Positions 35,898 through 45,517 of a stretch of 64,000 nucleotides of DNA are shown piece after piece. The position numbers and the translations under genes are program-made. The number at the start of each line of letters is the position of its first letter. The first letter of the stretch is position 1. The notes below the pieces were generated by a model that saw only the letters and a program-made list of their open reading frames with translations, was not told the DNA's origin and ran no database searches. Origin of the DNA: Bryobacterales bacterium (GTDB lineage: Bacteria; Acidobacteriota; Terriglobia; Bryobacterales; Bryobacteraceae); NCBI GenBank assembly GCA_963772905.1, contig CAVYZD010000001.1, forward strand, positions 926,144-990,143, in the 5' to 3' direction.

Positions 35898-37031
35898 ATG
35901 CTGCGGAAGGGCCAGAACGGCGTCAACCAGAAAGAGCATGCCTTTCTTGTGCTGGATGGGCTTCGTGGCGTGGCGGCTGTTTCGGTGATGATATATCACT
36001 ACTCTGGGCAGTTGCATGATGAATTTACGCCATGGCTGCCCAATGCGTTCTTGGCGGTCGATTTCTTCTTTGTGCTGAGCGGATTCATCGTCGCTTATGC
36101 CTACGAACACCGCCTTATGGCTGGCGAACCCGCCGCTCAGTTTATGTTGCGCCGTTTCATCCGACTTTATCCGCTTTATTGGCTGGGGACCACGCTGCCA
36201 CTGCTGATGCAAGCTGCAATAGGTTTGCTTAGTGGGCAGAGCGGCGCATCCTCGTGTTCGCGTTTGGTGTTTCCATACATATTGAATGTCCTGTTCCTCC
36301 CACTCCTGCCGAGTTTATTGACAACGCCGACCCATACCTCAATTCCAGCATTCCCACTAAACGTTGCAGCTTGGTCGCTTTCCGTCGAGGTTGGCGTCAA
36401 CGGTATTTACGGGGTGCTCGGTCGTCGATTAAAAACGTCTCGCCTCATCGTCCTCGTTTTGATAAGCTGCATAGCCCTCGCTTCGGCAATCTGGACTATG
36501 GGAACGCCCAATATGGGATGGCAGGTAGCGACCTATGACGGTGGTTGGGCTCGGGCCATGTGGTCGTTTTTCCTGGGGGTATTGTTGTTTCGATCATTTC
36601 AGTCCCGTCAGGATCAAGAGCCATTCCCTGCATGGATTGGAGGCACACTAGCCATAGGCTTGTTTACTAGTTTCGCTTGGCCGTCCGTGGCCTCAGCCTA
36701 CGCTCTTTGGAACACTATCGTTGTATTTCCGTTAATCGTTTGGGTCGGAGCGAGAACGAGGATATGGCGCGCGGCGCACCGGGTCTACGCGTGGCTGGGC
36801 CGAGTCTCTTATGCGCTATACATCCTGCATGTCCCGTTGTTCTTTGTCTACGTACTCATTTCAAAACGGATAGGTCTTCATCTGCAAGAGAACATCTCCC
36901 TCAGCGTGTTTGCTTACTCAGCCCTTTCTCTATCAATCGTGTCGATACTCGACGCCGCATACGATACTCCGATGCGATTACTCTTGGCCCGCATCGCCGC
37001 CCGGCACCCCTTACCTTGGAGGAAACAATGA
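35898..37031 (+). CDS. acyltransferase family (acyltransferase_3) membrane protein
   Basis: The N-terminus LDGLRGVAAVSVMIYH is typical, and the protein has about 10 hydrophobic segments. Confidence 0.85.
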   Translation: MLRKGQNGVNQKEHAFLVLDGLRGVAAVSVMIYHYSGQLHDEFTPWLPNAFLAVDFFFVLSGFIVAYAYEHRLMAGEPAAQFMLRRFIRLYPLYWLGTTLPLLMQAAIGLLSGQSGASSCSRLVFPYILNVLFLPLLPSLLTTPTHTSIPAFPLNVAAWSLSVEVGVNGIYGVLGRRLKTSRLIVLVLISCIALASAIWTMGTPNMGWQVATYDGGWARAMWSFFLGVLLFRSFQSRQDQEPFPAWIGGTLAIGLFTSFAWPSVASAYALWNTIVVFPLIVWVGARTRIWRAAHRVYAWLGRVSYALYILHVPLFFVYVLISKRIGLHLQENISLSVFAYSALSLSIVSILDAAYDTPMRLLLARIAARHPLPWRKQ

Positions 37032-37426
37032 GCCCAAAATGTTGTGGCGTAGTGGTGATTGGATTGCTTGCGGTAACGTGTGTGGCGTCGGCGAAGACGG
37101 TGAAGGAAATGAGCTGTTCCGAATTGCTGACGGAATGCAAGACTTCGATAGAAATGTACACCAGCAGTCCTGTTTGCGACGACGCTCTGCGCGAGGCCAT
37201 CGAAATTCAACAGGGGATGTGTCTTCCGCAGCTTATATCGATGTCGCATTTGAAGGAACAGTTCGTCATCTGGGCCGAGCATCATCCGGAGGCCATGAGC
37301 ATGGACGGTCCAAGCTGTATGACAAAGGCCCTTGAGGATACCTATCCCTGCTACTTCGGTCGCCTTACTAAACCGAATTTCAGGCACGTTAAGGCGGACC
37401 ACATGTCTGTAATTGCGCCCACGTGA
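37028..37426 (+). CDS. secreted Cys-containing protein, possibly Rap1a/Tai4-like
   Basis: The ATG overlaps the upstream stop as ATGA. A signal peptide is present. The pattern C.P....L....W.EHHPE......C..KAL...YPC resembles Rap1a-type immunity proteins. This is tentative. Confidence 0.4.
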   Translation: MSPKCCGVVVIGLLAVTCVASAKTVKEMSCSELLTECKTSIEMYTSSPVCDDALREAIEIQQGMCLPQLISMSHLKEQFVIWAEHHPEAMSMDGPSCMTKALEDTYPCYFGRLTKPNFRHVKADHMSVIAPT

Positions 37427-37496
37427 CCTTCTCCGAAAAGGGTCGCCGGAATTGGATGCACGGACCGATCTGCCGCACGCCCGAAGCTCGATTAGT

Positions 37497-38240
37497 TCAA
37501 GTCAGCGTGAACCGCTGCCAATTGGATTTGGCCAGCTCCGTTTTAGGACAGTCCTCCTCGCGCAGCACCATGTAGAATTTCAGGCGCCACACGAAACCGC
37601 TCCCGAAAGGCATGGTCCCGTAGGGCAGGAACAGCCGGAAATCCCGGTAGACGGTGAACTGATAAGGCGGATTGAAGTATTCCCATACGCAGAGCCCGCC
37701 CGTGGTGGTCTGAAAACTCTCCACGCTCGTCGGGACAGGGTCGCCGTACCCGTCGTCCGCGTGAAAAAAGGCAATCGCCCGGAATTCCCGGTTCTGCGAG
37801 TTGTCGATTTCGAAGGCCGCATGGATTTTCATGCCATGCTCGCCGTTGCGGCAGACATTGTGATCCGTCCAGACCTTCTGGAACGCCGCGCGCGGGCAGT
37901 ATTCGAGATCGCTCCAGGTTTCACCCGCGTTGGGAAGGGACGGGGTAGGCGGAGGCACATAGACTGAAGGGCAGGAAAGGACTGGGCCTTGCGCTGGAGT
38001 AGGGGGCGCTACGGGAAAGCGAAGATCGACCTTGGGTTTCGGCGGTTGCGCCGGCTGGCCGACCGCGCAGACGGACCACGGGGTCGTCATCGGAAGCCCC
38101 GACGGCGACTTTAGGAGCTGGAATGCCGGATGCGGAACGAGCCCGCCCGTCATGCGGCAGGCCTCCAGCTGGTTCTTGTAGGAGACGAAATCAAAATTCA
38201 GCATGGCGTTTTCGAAGGCTGCGCGTAGGGCAGTGGTCAC
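37497..38240 (-). CDS. hypothetical protein with Pro-rich linker
   Basis: 247-aa ORF whose start overlaps the upstream stop as ATGA. No family was recognised. Confidence 0.55.
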   Translation of the reverse strand: MTTALRAAFENAMLNFDFVSYKNQLEACRMTGGLVPHPAFQLLKSPSGLPMTTPWSVCAVGQPAQPPKPKVDLRFPVAPPTPAQGPVLSCPSVYVPPPTPSLPNAGETWSDLEYCPRAAFQKVWTDHNVCRNGEHGMKIHAAFEIDNSQNREFRAIAFFHADDGYGDPVPTSVESFQTTTGGLCVWEYFNPPYQFTVYRDFRLFLPYGTMPFGSGFVWRLKFYMVLREEDCPKTELAKSNWQRFTLT

Positions 38241-39025
38241 ATACCGAGGTTGTTGCTCAGCAGGCTCTTGACGACGTTCAGCTTGGAAAGGTCGGGCTGC
38301 ATGCTGTTCTTGACGATGTCGACAGCTTCACGCACTGCGGCCGTCACGGCTTTTGCTTGCGCCAGACCGCTGTTTCCATACACCGTGCCCTTGGCGGTAT
38401 CGTAGACCTCGCCGCCGGGCATGCCGTTCTGGCTTTGCAGGCTTATGGTCACGCCGCCACCACCGAGGGAGCCGCCTACGCGCCCTTGTTCTCTGTGTGC
38501 CCATTCCTTCATGAAGCTGCCGGCGCCCGCTTTATGAAAGTGCAGTTCGTAAGCCTTCGTGCCGGCGGGACCGGGCATCTGGACCTTCAGAATGTCGTCG
38601 TCGACGAAGGTGACCGACCTTCCGTCAGACAACGTCACGGTTTTGCTCGCCGCGTCGAACCCGGCAGCGGCCGTCGTTTGCGTAAGAGGGGGATCGTCTT
38701 TCTTCGGGCCGTCCGTTTGCGCGGCAGCCGATGCGCTGCCTCCGTTCATGTGCTTCTCATACGCCGATTTGATGTCGTAGCCCGGCATGGGCGCGAACAC
38801 GGGAGCACCGCCCGGCGGAAGAATGACCGTACCGGCGTTCTGGTTTTTCGCCGTGTCTAGAACCTGCATGAAACCGGTGCTGCTGCGATGAAATTTCAGG
38901 TTGCCTTCGGTAAAGTCGTCGCCGGAGGCGGTTTGTTGATTGGCCGTGCCTCGGGGCTGCTGCGCCGGGGCGAAAACAGAAAAAGCGGCAAGGAGCGACC
39001 CCGCCGCCAGCATGTTTCTCAGCAT
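38237..39025 (-). CDS. secreted hypothetical protein
   Basis: 262-aa ORF with a signal peptide (AAGSLLAAFSVFAPA). No family was recognised. Confidence 0.55.
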   Translation of the reverse strand: MLRNMLAAGSLLAAFSVFAPAQQPRGTANQQTASGDDFTEGNLKFHRSSTGFMQVLDTAKNQNAGTVILPPGGAPVFAPMPGYDIKSAYEKHMNGGSASAAAQTDGPKKDDPPLTQTTAAAGFDAASKTVTLSDGRSVTFVDDDILKVQMPGPAGTKAYELHFHKAGAGSFMKEWAHREQGRVGGSLGGGGVTISLQSQNGMPGGEVYDTAKGTVYGNSGLAQAKAVTAAVREAVDIVKNSMQPDLSKLNVVKSLLSNNLGM

Positions 39026-39120
39026 GATTCATGATCGCCAATTTAGTTATGATAATCAACTAGTTGTGTATCACATTCATATAGTTGGGTTTAACTGCGA
39101 TGCCGTGATAGCGTCGGGGA

Positions 39121-39372
39121 TTGATTACAGGAAGACAGCTGCGCGCCGCGCGCGCGATGCTTGGAATGGAACAGATCGACCTCGCGAAACGTGCGCGCGT
39201 TGCCATCGGGACAATTCGGCGAATGGAATCCTTCGCAGGCGAAGTCGGCTCGCGCACTGAAACCCTGTCAAAGGTTCAGGCCGCGCTGGAGAGGGCCGGG
39301 ATCGAATTCCTCGGCGAGGGACGGCCGGGAGTGCGTTTGCGAGGACCGCAGGCACCTGCCCGGCGCAATTAG
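39121..39372 (+). CDS. XRE-family helix-turn-helix regulator
   Basis: ITGRQLRAARAMLGMEQIDLAKRARVAIGTIRRME is a typical HTH_3 pattern. The start is a TTG. Confidence 0.8.
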   Translation: MITGRQLRAARAMLGMEQIDLAKRARVAIGTIRRMESFAGEVGSRTETLSKVQAALERAGIEFLGEGRPGVRLRGPQAPARRN

Positions 39373-39487
39373 ACGGGGCTAGGGTTCATCTCTTCGCCAG
39401 CATCCGCCTTCTCCGCGTGAGAGGGGATACGCTAGCACACCGGCCAGACTGTAGCTTTTCTTGGCTCGTTCGCCTGATGGGCGAGCG

Positions 39488-40216
39488 TCATCCAGGGCCG
39501 TGATGAGCGACGCCCGGTTCGGCGAGCCATCGGAACGCGCGCTCCACGAACGGTTTTGCGTCTTTTTCGATGCACGCGCCGTGGGCGATGACCAGCTTGT
39601 CAAAATCCCACGACAGCAGCTTTTCGAGCGATCGCCGCGCGAGGTCTCGATTAGTGAATGACAGCCTAATGTCGAGCCCGACGCCGCCGTGCGGAGATAC
39701 AACGCCTTCCAACTTCATCAGAGCGTTGCGAAAAGGCTTGCCCTTCACCATCGGATGAATCTGAATCAAATCGTCGAGAATGACCGTGCGCGACTGCTTA
39801 TGAAAGAAGAGGATTTCTTCGATGAGCGGGTTGCCCTTGAAGGCAAGCTGGTCGAAGTCATTCTTCCAGGCTTGAGGCGGCTCATCCCCCAGGATGCCGG
39901 TAAAGGGCAGCTGCCCTTTCTTTAGGGTAAACGGAGTAGGCCGCGGCGCCCACAATTGTGCTTCCGGAAACAACGTGTGCCATGCCGCCAGCCGCCAGAC
40001 ATGGCGCGGTGTCGCTGCAAGAAGGTACCGGACGGGACCCAGTTCGGTGATGCGTTTCAGCGTATCGAACGGCACGGCGACAGGAGAGTTCACCCAAAGC
40101 GAGCCGTCCAAGAGCTTCGCCACGGTCATGCGGGTGGTAAACATGACACCCATGTCGCGAACGTTGGGGCCGTCGACGATCAGGATGTCTTTGGCAAAGG
40201 GCTGAAGCTCGGGCAT
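39488..40216 (-). CDS. DUF4336-like protein
   Basis: The start Met is 8 nt after GGAG. The pattern ...ILIVDGPNVRDMGVMFTTRMTVAKL.DGSLWVNSPV...EEILFFHKQSRTVILDDLI... resembles DUF4336. Confidence 0.6.
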   Translation of the reverse strand: MPELQPFAKDILIVDGPNVRDMGVMFTTRMTVAKLLDGSLWVNSPVAVPFDTLKRITELGPVRYLLAATPRHVWRLAAWHTLFPEAQLWAPRPTPFTLKKGQLPFTGILGDEPPQAWKNDFDQLAFKGNPLIEEILFFHKQSRTVILDDLIQIHPMVKGKPFRNALMKLEGVVSPHGGVGLDIRLSFTNRDLARRSLEKLLSWDFDKLVIAHGACIEKDAKPFVERAFRWLAEPGVAHHGPG

Positions 40217-40301
40217 GGATGCGTCTCCGGGACTATCAAACCTGCGATGGATGCTTGTGTGTTGCAAGCCTATCGTAAAAAGCGGCCCATTTTCCTACCA
40301 C

Positions 40302-41603
40302 TCAGCCGCCAAGGTCATTCGCCGCCGGACGCTGAGGGTTCGGCAACGCGGACGGTCTCGAATTGCCGTAATGTTCGAACAGCATCTGCGCCGAGATCTT
40401 CGGCCCGTCCCATTGCGCGATGATTTTCGCGAATGCAGCGGCTTTGGCCTTCGCCTGCTCGTCATGGAGCAACTTCTCGATCGCGGCTTGAACGTGCCGG
40501 GACGGGTCCTTCGATTTAGGGACGCGGATCGCGAAACCGAGGCGTTCAAGACAGGCGAGATTCGCGACCTGCTCCATCTGCATGCCGACGCCGACAACCG
40601 GCTTGCCCGCAAGAGCCGCGGCCATGACGGTTCCGACGCCTCCGTGAATGACGGCCAGATCCGCCATTTTATTGACCTGGATAGCGGGGACCCAATCGGT
40701 GACGAGCACGTTCGGCGGGACGCGGACGCCGGGGACGTGCTGCAGCTGGAACTTTATCGGCGCGATCACGCGGTAGGGCTCGCCTTCAAAGCTCTCGACA
40801 ATTTTGGCGACGATCTCGGGCGTCCCAGAACTTCCCATAGCGAAATAGATCAGCGGCCTGTCCCTCGGAATCGCGGCGATCTCCGGGGGCAGGGGGAATT
40901 CATCCTGAGGGATGAGAGGTCCTGTGAAATAGTGCCTGGGAGGCAGTTTGACGCCGGAAAACTCCGGAGGCTCCGCTACCAATGTGATATCGCCGCGCCA
41001 GAATTCAAAGATCGAATCGTAGCCCGGAACGCCGAAATGCTTGGCGGTGCGGTTTACGGGGTTGAGAAAGCCGTACCTGATCCAGAAATTGATGAACTGC
41101 AGAACGGACCAATCCGCGACCGCTTTCAAGGGGGCGGGCCGGATGTTGTCCGTCATGCCGGCGCCGTGGCAAAAGAAGTCCGGCAGCCAGGTCGATTGAA
41201 TGACCCAGACGAGGGGCGTCTCCAAAACCCGGCACGTCACCGGGATGGTCACGTAGGAGCCGGTGACCACTGCGGCGGGCTTCAACTCCTTGAGACAGGC
41301 GATTTCATTGTCGACGCGCTGGATCAGTTCGGCATCGGTAAAGGCAGGGGCGAACTTCTCGCCACGGTCCACCTTGGCGATAAACTCGATCTTTTCCTTC
41401 GTGAGGCGGGGCTCCATCCGCGTCAAGGCAAAACCGTGCTTTTCGATCATGCTCTCGAAATCGCCGCCGTCGGAGATGAAATGAATATCGAAGGCCTTGC
41501 TGGCTGCAGGATGGCGCTCAACCGCTTTGGCGATCTCCACCATGCGACTGGTTTCCGCCAGATTGAAAGCGCACGGCGCGAAGAGCAGGGTTTGCCTGGG
41601 CAT
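40302..41603 (-). CDS. GT1-family glycosyltransferase (MGT/UDP-glycosyltransferase-like)
   Basis: The C-terminal donor-binding block reads VIHGGVGTVMAAALAGKPVVGVGMQMEQVANL. Confidence 0.85.
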   Translation of the reverse strand: MPRQTLLFAPCAFNLAETSRMVEIAKAVERHPAASKAFDIHFISDGGDFESMIEKHGFALTRMEPRLTKEKIEFIAKVDRGEKFAPAFTDAELIQRVDNEIACLKELKPAAVVTGSYVTIPVTCRVLETPLVWVIQSTWLPDFFCHGAGMTDNIRPAPLKAVADWSVLQFINFWIRYGFLNPVNRTAKHFGVPGYDSIFEFWRGDITLVAEPPEFSGVKLPPRHYFTGPLIPQDEFPLPPEIAAIPRDRPLIYFAMGSSGTPEIVAKIVESFEGEPYRVIAPIKFQLQHVPGVRVPPNVLVTDWVPAIQVNKMADLAVIHGGVGTVMAAALAGKPVVGVGMQMEQVANLACLERLGFAIRVPKSKDPSRHVQAAIEKLLHDEQAKAKAAAFAKIIAQWDGPKISAQMLFEHYGNSRPSALPNPQRPAANDLGG

Positions 41604-42208
41604 TATCTCGCTCCCGCGCGTGCGAGAAGCAGATCGACAAAGGTGGTCCAGGCGCGTTTGGACTGTTCCCGTTCCTTGGGTCCCTTGCGCATGACGAGGG
41701 CGATCATGAGGCCGTCGAGCGTCATCTCGGCCATGCGTGCCAGTGCGTCGATCTCAGATGCCGGGAAGTTCTTCGGCAGCCGCGCCGCAAGCGCCTGGAC
41801 CACGGCCTGATGCATCTGGACCGCGCCCGCGGCCAGATGGCGGCGCAGGCGGGAATCGAAGAGCGCCTTCGTCATAAAGACGATCTGGGCGCGCAGCAAT
41901 TCGCCATGCTTCTCAGCCGAATTGATGACCTGCCGGCCGAGATCCTCAAGATAGTCGCGCGCTGAGATCAGCTTTCGGGTATCGGGGGCGAGGGATTGGA
42001 GCCAGAACTGCTCAAAGGCTGCGAGCGGGATTTCCTCGATCGAACCGAAGTGATGGAAGAGCGTCGCCTTGCTCACGCCCGCTTCCTTCGCCAAAGTTGA
42101 GGCGCTGAACGCGTCCGGGCCCGCGCGGCCCAGAAGCCTGAGCGTGGCTTCCAGGATGGCCGTCCGGGTCCGGTCCCCGGCTTTCGTGCGCTGTCCTTTG
42201 ATGGCCAT
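41603..42208 (-). CDS. TetR/AcrR family transcriptional regulator
   Basis: The N-terminal HTH reads RTAILEATLRLLGRAGPDAFSASTLAKEAGVSKATLFHHF. Confidence 0.9.
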   Translation of the reverse strand: MAIKGQRTKAGDRTRTAILEATLRLLGRAGPDAFSASTLAKEAGVSKATLFHHFGSIEEIPLAAFEQFWLQSLAPDTRKLISARDYLEDLGRQVINSAEKHGELLRAQIVFMTKALFDSRLRRHLAAGAVQMHQAVVQALAARLPKNFPASEIDALARMAEMTLDGLMIALVMRKGPKEREQSKRAWTTFVDLLLARAGAR

Positions 42209-42217
42209 AAGCCGACG

Positions 42218-42249
42218 CTACTATTATCTGACCGAACGGTCAATAGTAG
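42218..42249. promoter_or_regulatory. palindromic operator candidate 1 (tetR-proximal)
   Basis: CTACTATT-ATC-TGACCG-AA-CGGTCA-ATAGTAG, read directly from the sequence, 10 nt upstream of the tetR start. Confidence 0.5.
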
Positions 42250-42321
42250 TGAACGCGTCAGGAAGCGGTTGGGGAGCGCAACATAGAAAGTACGCTAAGG
42301 TGAGCTGTCTTACCCGCCGGT

Positions 42322-42353
42322 TTACTATTGATAACTGATTTAATCAATAGTAA
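42322..42353. promoter_or_regulatory. palindromic operator/recombination-site candidate 2
   Basis: TTACTATTGAT (42322-42332) and ATCAATAGTAA (42343-42353) form a perfect 11-bp inverted repeat with a 10-bp spacer. It shares the TACTATT half-site with candidate 1 and ends 9 nt before the recombinase ATG. Confidence 0.5.
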
Positions 42354-42362
42354 CCTCCGCCG

Positions 42363-43346
42363 ATGAATCCGGCCAAACTTCCCGTCTTCTTAAAGGGTGG
42401 AAACCGGCTCCTCACGGCGCCGGAGTTCCAGCATCTGGCGAACGTGCCGCCTGAAATCGAGTGGTTCAAGAACATCGACAATCACCATACCAAGCGGGCC
42501 TATGAGAAGGCGGTCAAGGACTTCATGCTTTTCGCCGGCATCGACCGCCCCGAGAAATTCCGCCTGGTCACCCGATCTCATGTGATCGCCTGGCGCGACG
42601 ACCTCACTGAACGGGCTAACCGAAACGGCAAAAAGCTGGGCAAGACCACCGTCCGGCACCGGCTGACGGCCCTTTCAGCGCTGTACAACTACCTCTGCGA
42701 CCGGAACGCCGTTCTGCATAATCCATGCAGGGGCGTAAAGCGGCCGACTGTCATACGAAACACCGGCAGGACGCCGGCCATCGCCGATCGCCAGGCGCGC
42801 GGACTGCTCGGCGCTCCCAAAGAAGAAACCCTGAAGGGCAAACGGGATCGCGCCATTCTGGCCACGCTTCTTTATCACGGCCTCCGCCGCAGCGAATTAT
42901 GCAAGCTGAGGGTTCAGGATTACCGGTTTCAGATCGAGGGCGTTCCCCATCTGTACGTGCAAGGCAAGGGCGATAAGGAGCGCTACGTCCGGCTACACGA
43001 TTTCGCGGCCGACCTCATTGATGACTATCTCGACGCCGCGGGGCATGGAGACGATGCAGACGGAGCCCTGTTCCGGCCGCTTCGTAATAGCCGGGGTGGC
43101 GGTAGGGAGAAAGCGATTACGGCCGACGGCGTGTACAAACTGGTGCAACACTACGCGTCTGTGCTTGGGGTGAGGATAAGAACGCATTCATTGCGCGCCA
43201 CTGCGGCGACAAACGCTCTCAGCCACAACGCGGACATCGCCAAGGTCCAGGAGTGGCTCGGTCACTCGAATATCTCGACAACACGCCTTTACGACAAGCG
43301 TAACTCCCGGCCCGAAGACAGCCCGACGGTTAAGGTTGCGTATTAA
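42363..43346 (+). CDS. tyrosine recombinase (phage integrase family, XerC/D-like size)
   Basis: ...[14 protein letters not shown]..., [25 protein letters not shown] provide the R, HxxR, H and Y residues. Confidence 0.9.
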   Translation: MNPAKLPVFLKGGNRLLTAPEFQHLANVPPEIEWFKNIDNHHTKRAYEKAVKDFMLFAGIDRPEKFRLVTRSHVIAWRDDLTERANRNGKKLGKTTVRHRLTALSALYNYLCDRNAVLHNPCRGVKRPTVIRNTGRTPAIADRQARGLLGAPKEETLKGKRDRAILATLLYHGLRRSELCKLRVQDYRFQIEGVPHLYVQGKGDKERYVRLHDFAADLIDDYLDAAGHGDDADGALFRPLRNSRGGGREKAITADGVYKLVQHYASVLGVRIRTHSLRATAATNALSHNADIAKVQEWLGHSNISTTRLYDKRNSRPEDSPTVKVAY

Positions 43347-43477
43347 GAGCGACTGCCAACGCCTTATTTCAGTTGCCATAGGTGTAAAATCATTTACGAA
43401 CAGTTATGTTCAGAATGGTCCAGGGATTATGTCCCAGCGCCCAAGGTGAACGTGCATATGCAAGGTGAGTTGGTACG

Positions 43478-45044
43478 GTGGCGGATCAATCAATTCCACT
43501 CAGCGTCTATTTGCTGCGGCCAGATCGATTGGCTTCGTTCGAAGCCGCCCTTTCTGTCGCTACAGCGGCATTGCCGCTAGCTCCCCCTTTGGACGGCTAT
43601 GCTATTCCGTTGCCATCTGGCGAGCGTACGCCAGAGTGGGTACCGGTTATCCAGTCCGCTCTTCAAAGCCCCAACGCGTTTTCACTCGTCGGTCAATCCC
43701 CTGCCGCATTAGTAGTCGTTCGCGAGGATGGCAAGACCTTCGTCCTGAGCTTCGGGCATGCCTGGTCAAAACTAGACGATGATTGGCTGGAGCCCGATTT
43801 TGGCCGCCGCATCGCTCTCAACTTGATCCCGCCGGACCAACTCGTCGAGATTCACGTCGAACAGATATTTGCCAAATGGCATGTCGCGCGCGAACGCGCG
43901 CCTCGGGCATCTTCGGTCCGTGAATTCGCGGTACAGTTCGACCGCGACCTCGTTGCCAGCGTCGAAGGCATCCCTTCCGACAGTCAGTTTGGGAAAAAGA
44001 TTCGTGGAGCCACGAGCCTGCGAGTGGAGATCCCCTTCTCGGAAGCTCACGGATCTCCTTACGACTTCGATCACGTATTACAAGAGCGACTGCTACAAGA
44101 AGCATTGGCCGGAAATAGACAACATGAAGGTGGTCACCGACGAAGCCGTAATGACGGACCTGGAGACCCATCTCGACGCCGAACTAAAGTCCGGACAAGC
44201 GCAAAAAAAGCTGGTCATGTTCACGCCGGCCCACCGCCGCACTGACACGTGGACAGTTGATTCCTACGTTTTCGGCAGGATGTCGAAATCACCGCCCGCA
44301 AGCCCTTACCTCCTGGTGGACAGCTGGCTCAATTACTTGCGCAAAAGCAACCGGGAACCGAGCGTAGCGGCAGCAAAAGATTCCTTGGTCCATCTTATGG
44401 ATGACAGTAAGGAGCCTGTAGACAAATGTACGGCCTTTCAATGCTTCGGGTATGAACTATCAGTTGGACCGCGCCAATACATCCTCTCCTCTGGAATCTG
44501 GTACGAAGTAGCCATCGACTTCCTGAGCAAGGTAAATAAAACCGCGTCGAAGATCCCTCCTCCAAAGATCGCCCTGCCAGCATGGAACGGCGTCGACAGC
44601 GAAGGGGAGTTCAATTTAAAGTGCGGCAAGGCAAATGGATTCCTCGGCTTCGACGCAAAGAACCTTATGTTCGGCGGCGGGCAATCTAAATTCGAATTCT
44701 GCGACGTCCTTCACATGAAAAGCAAAACTCTGTTCTTCGCCAAGATTCCGTCGAAATCCAGTGGCATGAGTCATCTCGTCGAGCAAGTACGCCGAACCGC
44801 CGAACTTCTTTTCAGCGCCGATGCCGCCTATCGCAAGGAACTCACGAAGGTTTTTAAGCAACACTTCAAAGGCGTCGATACCGAGTGGCTAAAGACGAGA
44901 CCGAAACACGGCGATTGGAACATCTGTCTAGTTTCTCTCGGCAGGCCGGCAATGAAATTGCCGTTCTTCGCCCGATGCAGCCTCGTCAAGGTCTACACCG
45001 ACCTCCGCGAACAAGGACACGATATCTCTTTTCTCGCGGTATAG
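43478..45044 (+). pseudogene. TIGR04141/DUF6119-like sporadically distributed protein, frameshifted
   Basis: Two overlapping frames (43478-44245 and 43869-45044) carry successive parts of one protein. The junction is near 44038-44046, where ...LRVEIPFS switches to KLTDLLTTSITYYKSDCYKKHWPEIDN... Confidence 0.65.
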
Positions 45045-45146
45045 GAGCGCTGCCTGCTATTTCCGGCAGGGAAGTGATATCCGTTTGTCCGGATACCTGC
45101 GTAACGACGATGGCCTGTCGGTCTCGCCTTCAACGAAAAAACGTCG

Positions 45147-45410
45147 TCAGTGCTTCGTGAACTCGGATGGCTTTCGGTGCTCGCGGATTTGCGAAAAACT
45201 GACGGCGACCGAGGATCCCAACTCCACCTTGCCGCCGTAGTCGTTCAACGGTTCGTTGTCGAGCGTGCCAATGATCAGTTTCCTGCTGGCGTCGCAGACC
45301 TCGACTCGGACCCACATCCACTCGCCCACGCCGGTGGCCTCGTCCGGAAAATCAACTTTGACGTAATCACCGCGCTCGTAGACTGGCACTTTGCCTCCAC
45401 CATTCCTCAT
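45147..45410 (-). CDS. small protein, DUF2314-like (tentative)
   Basis: The ATG at 45410 follows AGGGGAAG. GEWMWVRVEVCD...GTLDNEPL resembles the DUF2314 pattern. Confidence 0.4.
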   Translation of the reverse strand: MRNGGGKVPVYERGDYVKVDFPDEATGVGEWMWVRVEVCDASRKLIIGTLDNEPLNDYGGKVELGSSVAVSFSQIREHRKPSEFTKH

Positions 45411-45517
45411 TTTACTTCCCCTGAGAACGCGTCGCACTGTGACGCCGCGACTCTCGATGAGCTTCTAACACATTTATGACCCAGGCCTACTGAAGACTTT
45501 CCGGACAAACTCACCCT

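Noticed and set aside
40215-41810. 531-aa + strand ORF
   Set aside because: It is antisense to the glycosyltransferase and tetR genes, both of which have clear family motifs on the minus strand.
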